Shown here piece by piece: positions 62,675 through 64,000 of a stretch of 64,000 nucleotides of DNA (positions are counted from its first letter, which is position 1; the number at the start of each line of letters is the position of its first letter). The DNA lies in NCBI GenBank assembly GCA_950097015.1, contig CATNEN010000029.1, positions 5,270,001 to 5,334,000 of the forward strand, read 5' to 3'. This DNA is from Macrostomum hystrix (taxonomy: Eukaryota; Animalia; Platyhelminthes). The notes beneath the pieces were generated by a model, which did no database searches, was not told where the DNA came from, and saw only the letters and a list, made by a program, of their open reading frames with translations. The position numbers were made by a program, and so were the translations under genes.

Positions 62675-63109
62675 GATCTACCCTTTCTGCCCACATTTTC
62701 TTCTACTCTGATAAATTCTCAGTCGTAAATATCTCAAGCAAGAGCAGATAGGAGGGCCAACAACAGAAACAAGATAAGCAGATTTGGTTCGGGTTGCAAA
62801 ATACTCTCATGCGTTAGTTTTGTGGAAGATTAAAATGAAATGAAGCGCAACTAGAAGGTGTCAGGTTGGGAGCTGATTGCTTCCCTGAACTCATGGCTTA
62901 AGACTGAGAACTCATTAGGAGCAGACCCAAAATTTGAAAGAAATACGAATAACTGTCCGTTCTCATTTCTGTCATATGCAAATTAAACAAAAGACGCCAA
63001 GACATTTTTTTCTTATCAGGCACTCAAGTTTCGCTTCAGGTTATAGTCGGTGGGCTCTGGGGCGGTCCTGTTGAGTATGGGAATGTGGCGGGAGAATGCG
63101 TTGGACGCA

Positions 63110-64000
63110 TGGAGGCTGCAGAAAAATACAAAAGGATGGGGAGAGTGCAGAAAGATGCGGATGGGGCTGCAGAAAGATGCGGATGGGGATGCAGAAAGAT
63201 GCGGATGGGGATGCAGAAAGATGCGGATGGGGCTGCAGAAAGATGCGGATGGGGCTGCAGAAAGATGCGGATGGGGCTGCAGAAAGATGCGGATGGGGCT
63301 GCAGAAAGATGCGGATGGGGATGCAGAAAGATGCGGATGGGGATGCAGAAAGATGCGGATGGGGATGCAGAAACATGCGGATGGGGATGCAGAAAGATGC
63401 GGGATGCAGAAAGATGCGGGATGCAGAAAGATGCGGATGGGGCTGCAGAAAGATGCGGATGGGGATGCAGAAACATGCGGATGGGGATGCAGAAACATGC
63501 GGATGGGGATGCAGAAAGATGCGGGATGCAGAAAGATGCGGGATGCAGAAAGATGCGGATGGGGCTGCAGAAAGATGCGGATGGGGCTGCAGAAAGATGC
63601 GGATGGGGCTGCAGAAAGATGCGGATGGGGATGCAGAAAGATGCGGATGGGGCTGCAGAAAGATGCAGAGAATGCAGAAAGATGCGGATGGGGGCTGCAG
63701 AAAGATGCGGATGGGGATGCAGAAAGATGCGGACGGGGATGCAGAAAGATGCGGTTGGGGATGCAGAAAGATGCGGATGGGGATGCAGAAAGATGCGGAT
63801 GGGGATGCAGAAAGATGCAGAGAATGCAGAAAGATGCGGATGGGGCTGCAGAAAGATGCGGATGGGGCTGCAGAAAGATGCGGATGGGGATGCAGAAAGA
63901 TGCGGATGGGGCTGCAGAAAGATGCGGATGGGGATGCAGAAAGATGCAGAGAATGCAGAAAGATGCGGATGGGGCTGCAGAAAGATGCGGATGGGGATGC
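63110..64000. repeat. 22-bp minisatellite GCAGAAAGATGCGGATGGGG(AT/CT), runs off the window end
   Basis: Direct repeats. Confidence 0.95.

Overview
Animal genomic DNA with spliceosomal introns, SINEs and LINE/LTR debris. It is probably from a protostome invertebrate, and the style fits a Macrostomum-type flatworm (inference only). About 18 kb (~28%) is made of 13 tandem arrays with 16-89 bp units, and these generate most of the long ORFs in the track. Supported genes are: a divergent Methuselah/class-B-like 7TM receptor; an intronless, secreted violaxanthin de-epoxidase (VDE)-family lipocalin, the most unexpected gene here; a 5-exon CTD small phosphatase; an orphan 4-TM ORF; a 2-exon divergent tetraspanin whose intron is largely a tandem amplification of its own 5' splice site; a 5-exon Dpr/ZIG-8-like two-Ig protein; an invertebrate-type dopamine receptor; PET100; and an orphan peptide-type class A GPCR. 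Mobile DNA comprises a tRNA-Ala-like SINE family (6 copies or fragments), a CORE-SINE family (4), a decayed RTE-like LINE and a Ty3/Gypsy integrase fragment. There is no CRISPR array, rRNA or convincing functional tRNA. All homologies and splice models were derived by eye from remembered family motifs, without database searches.
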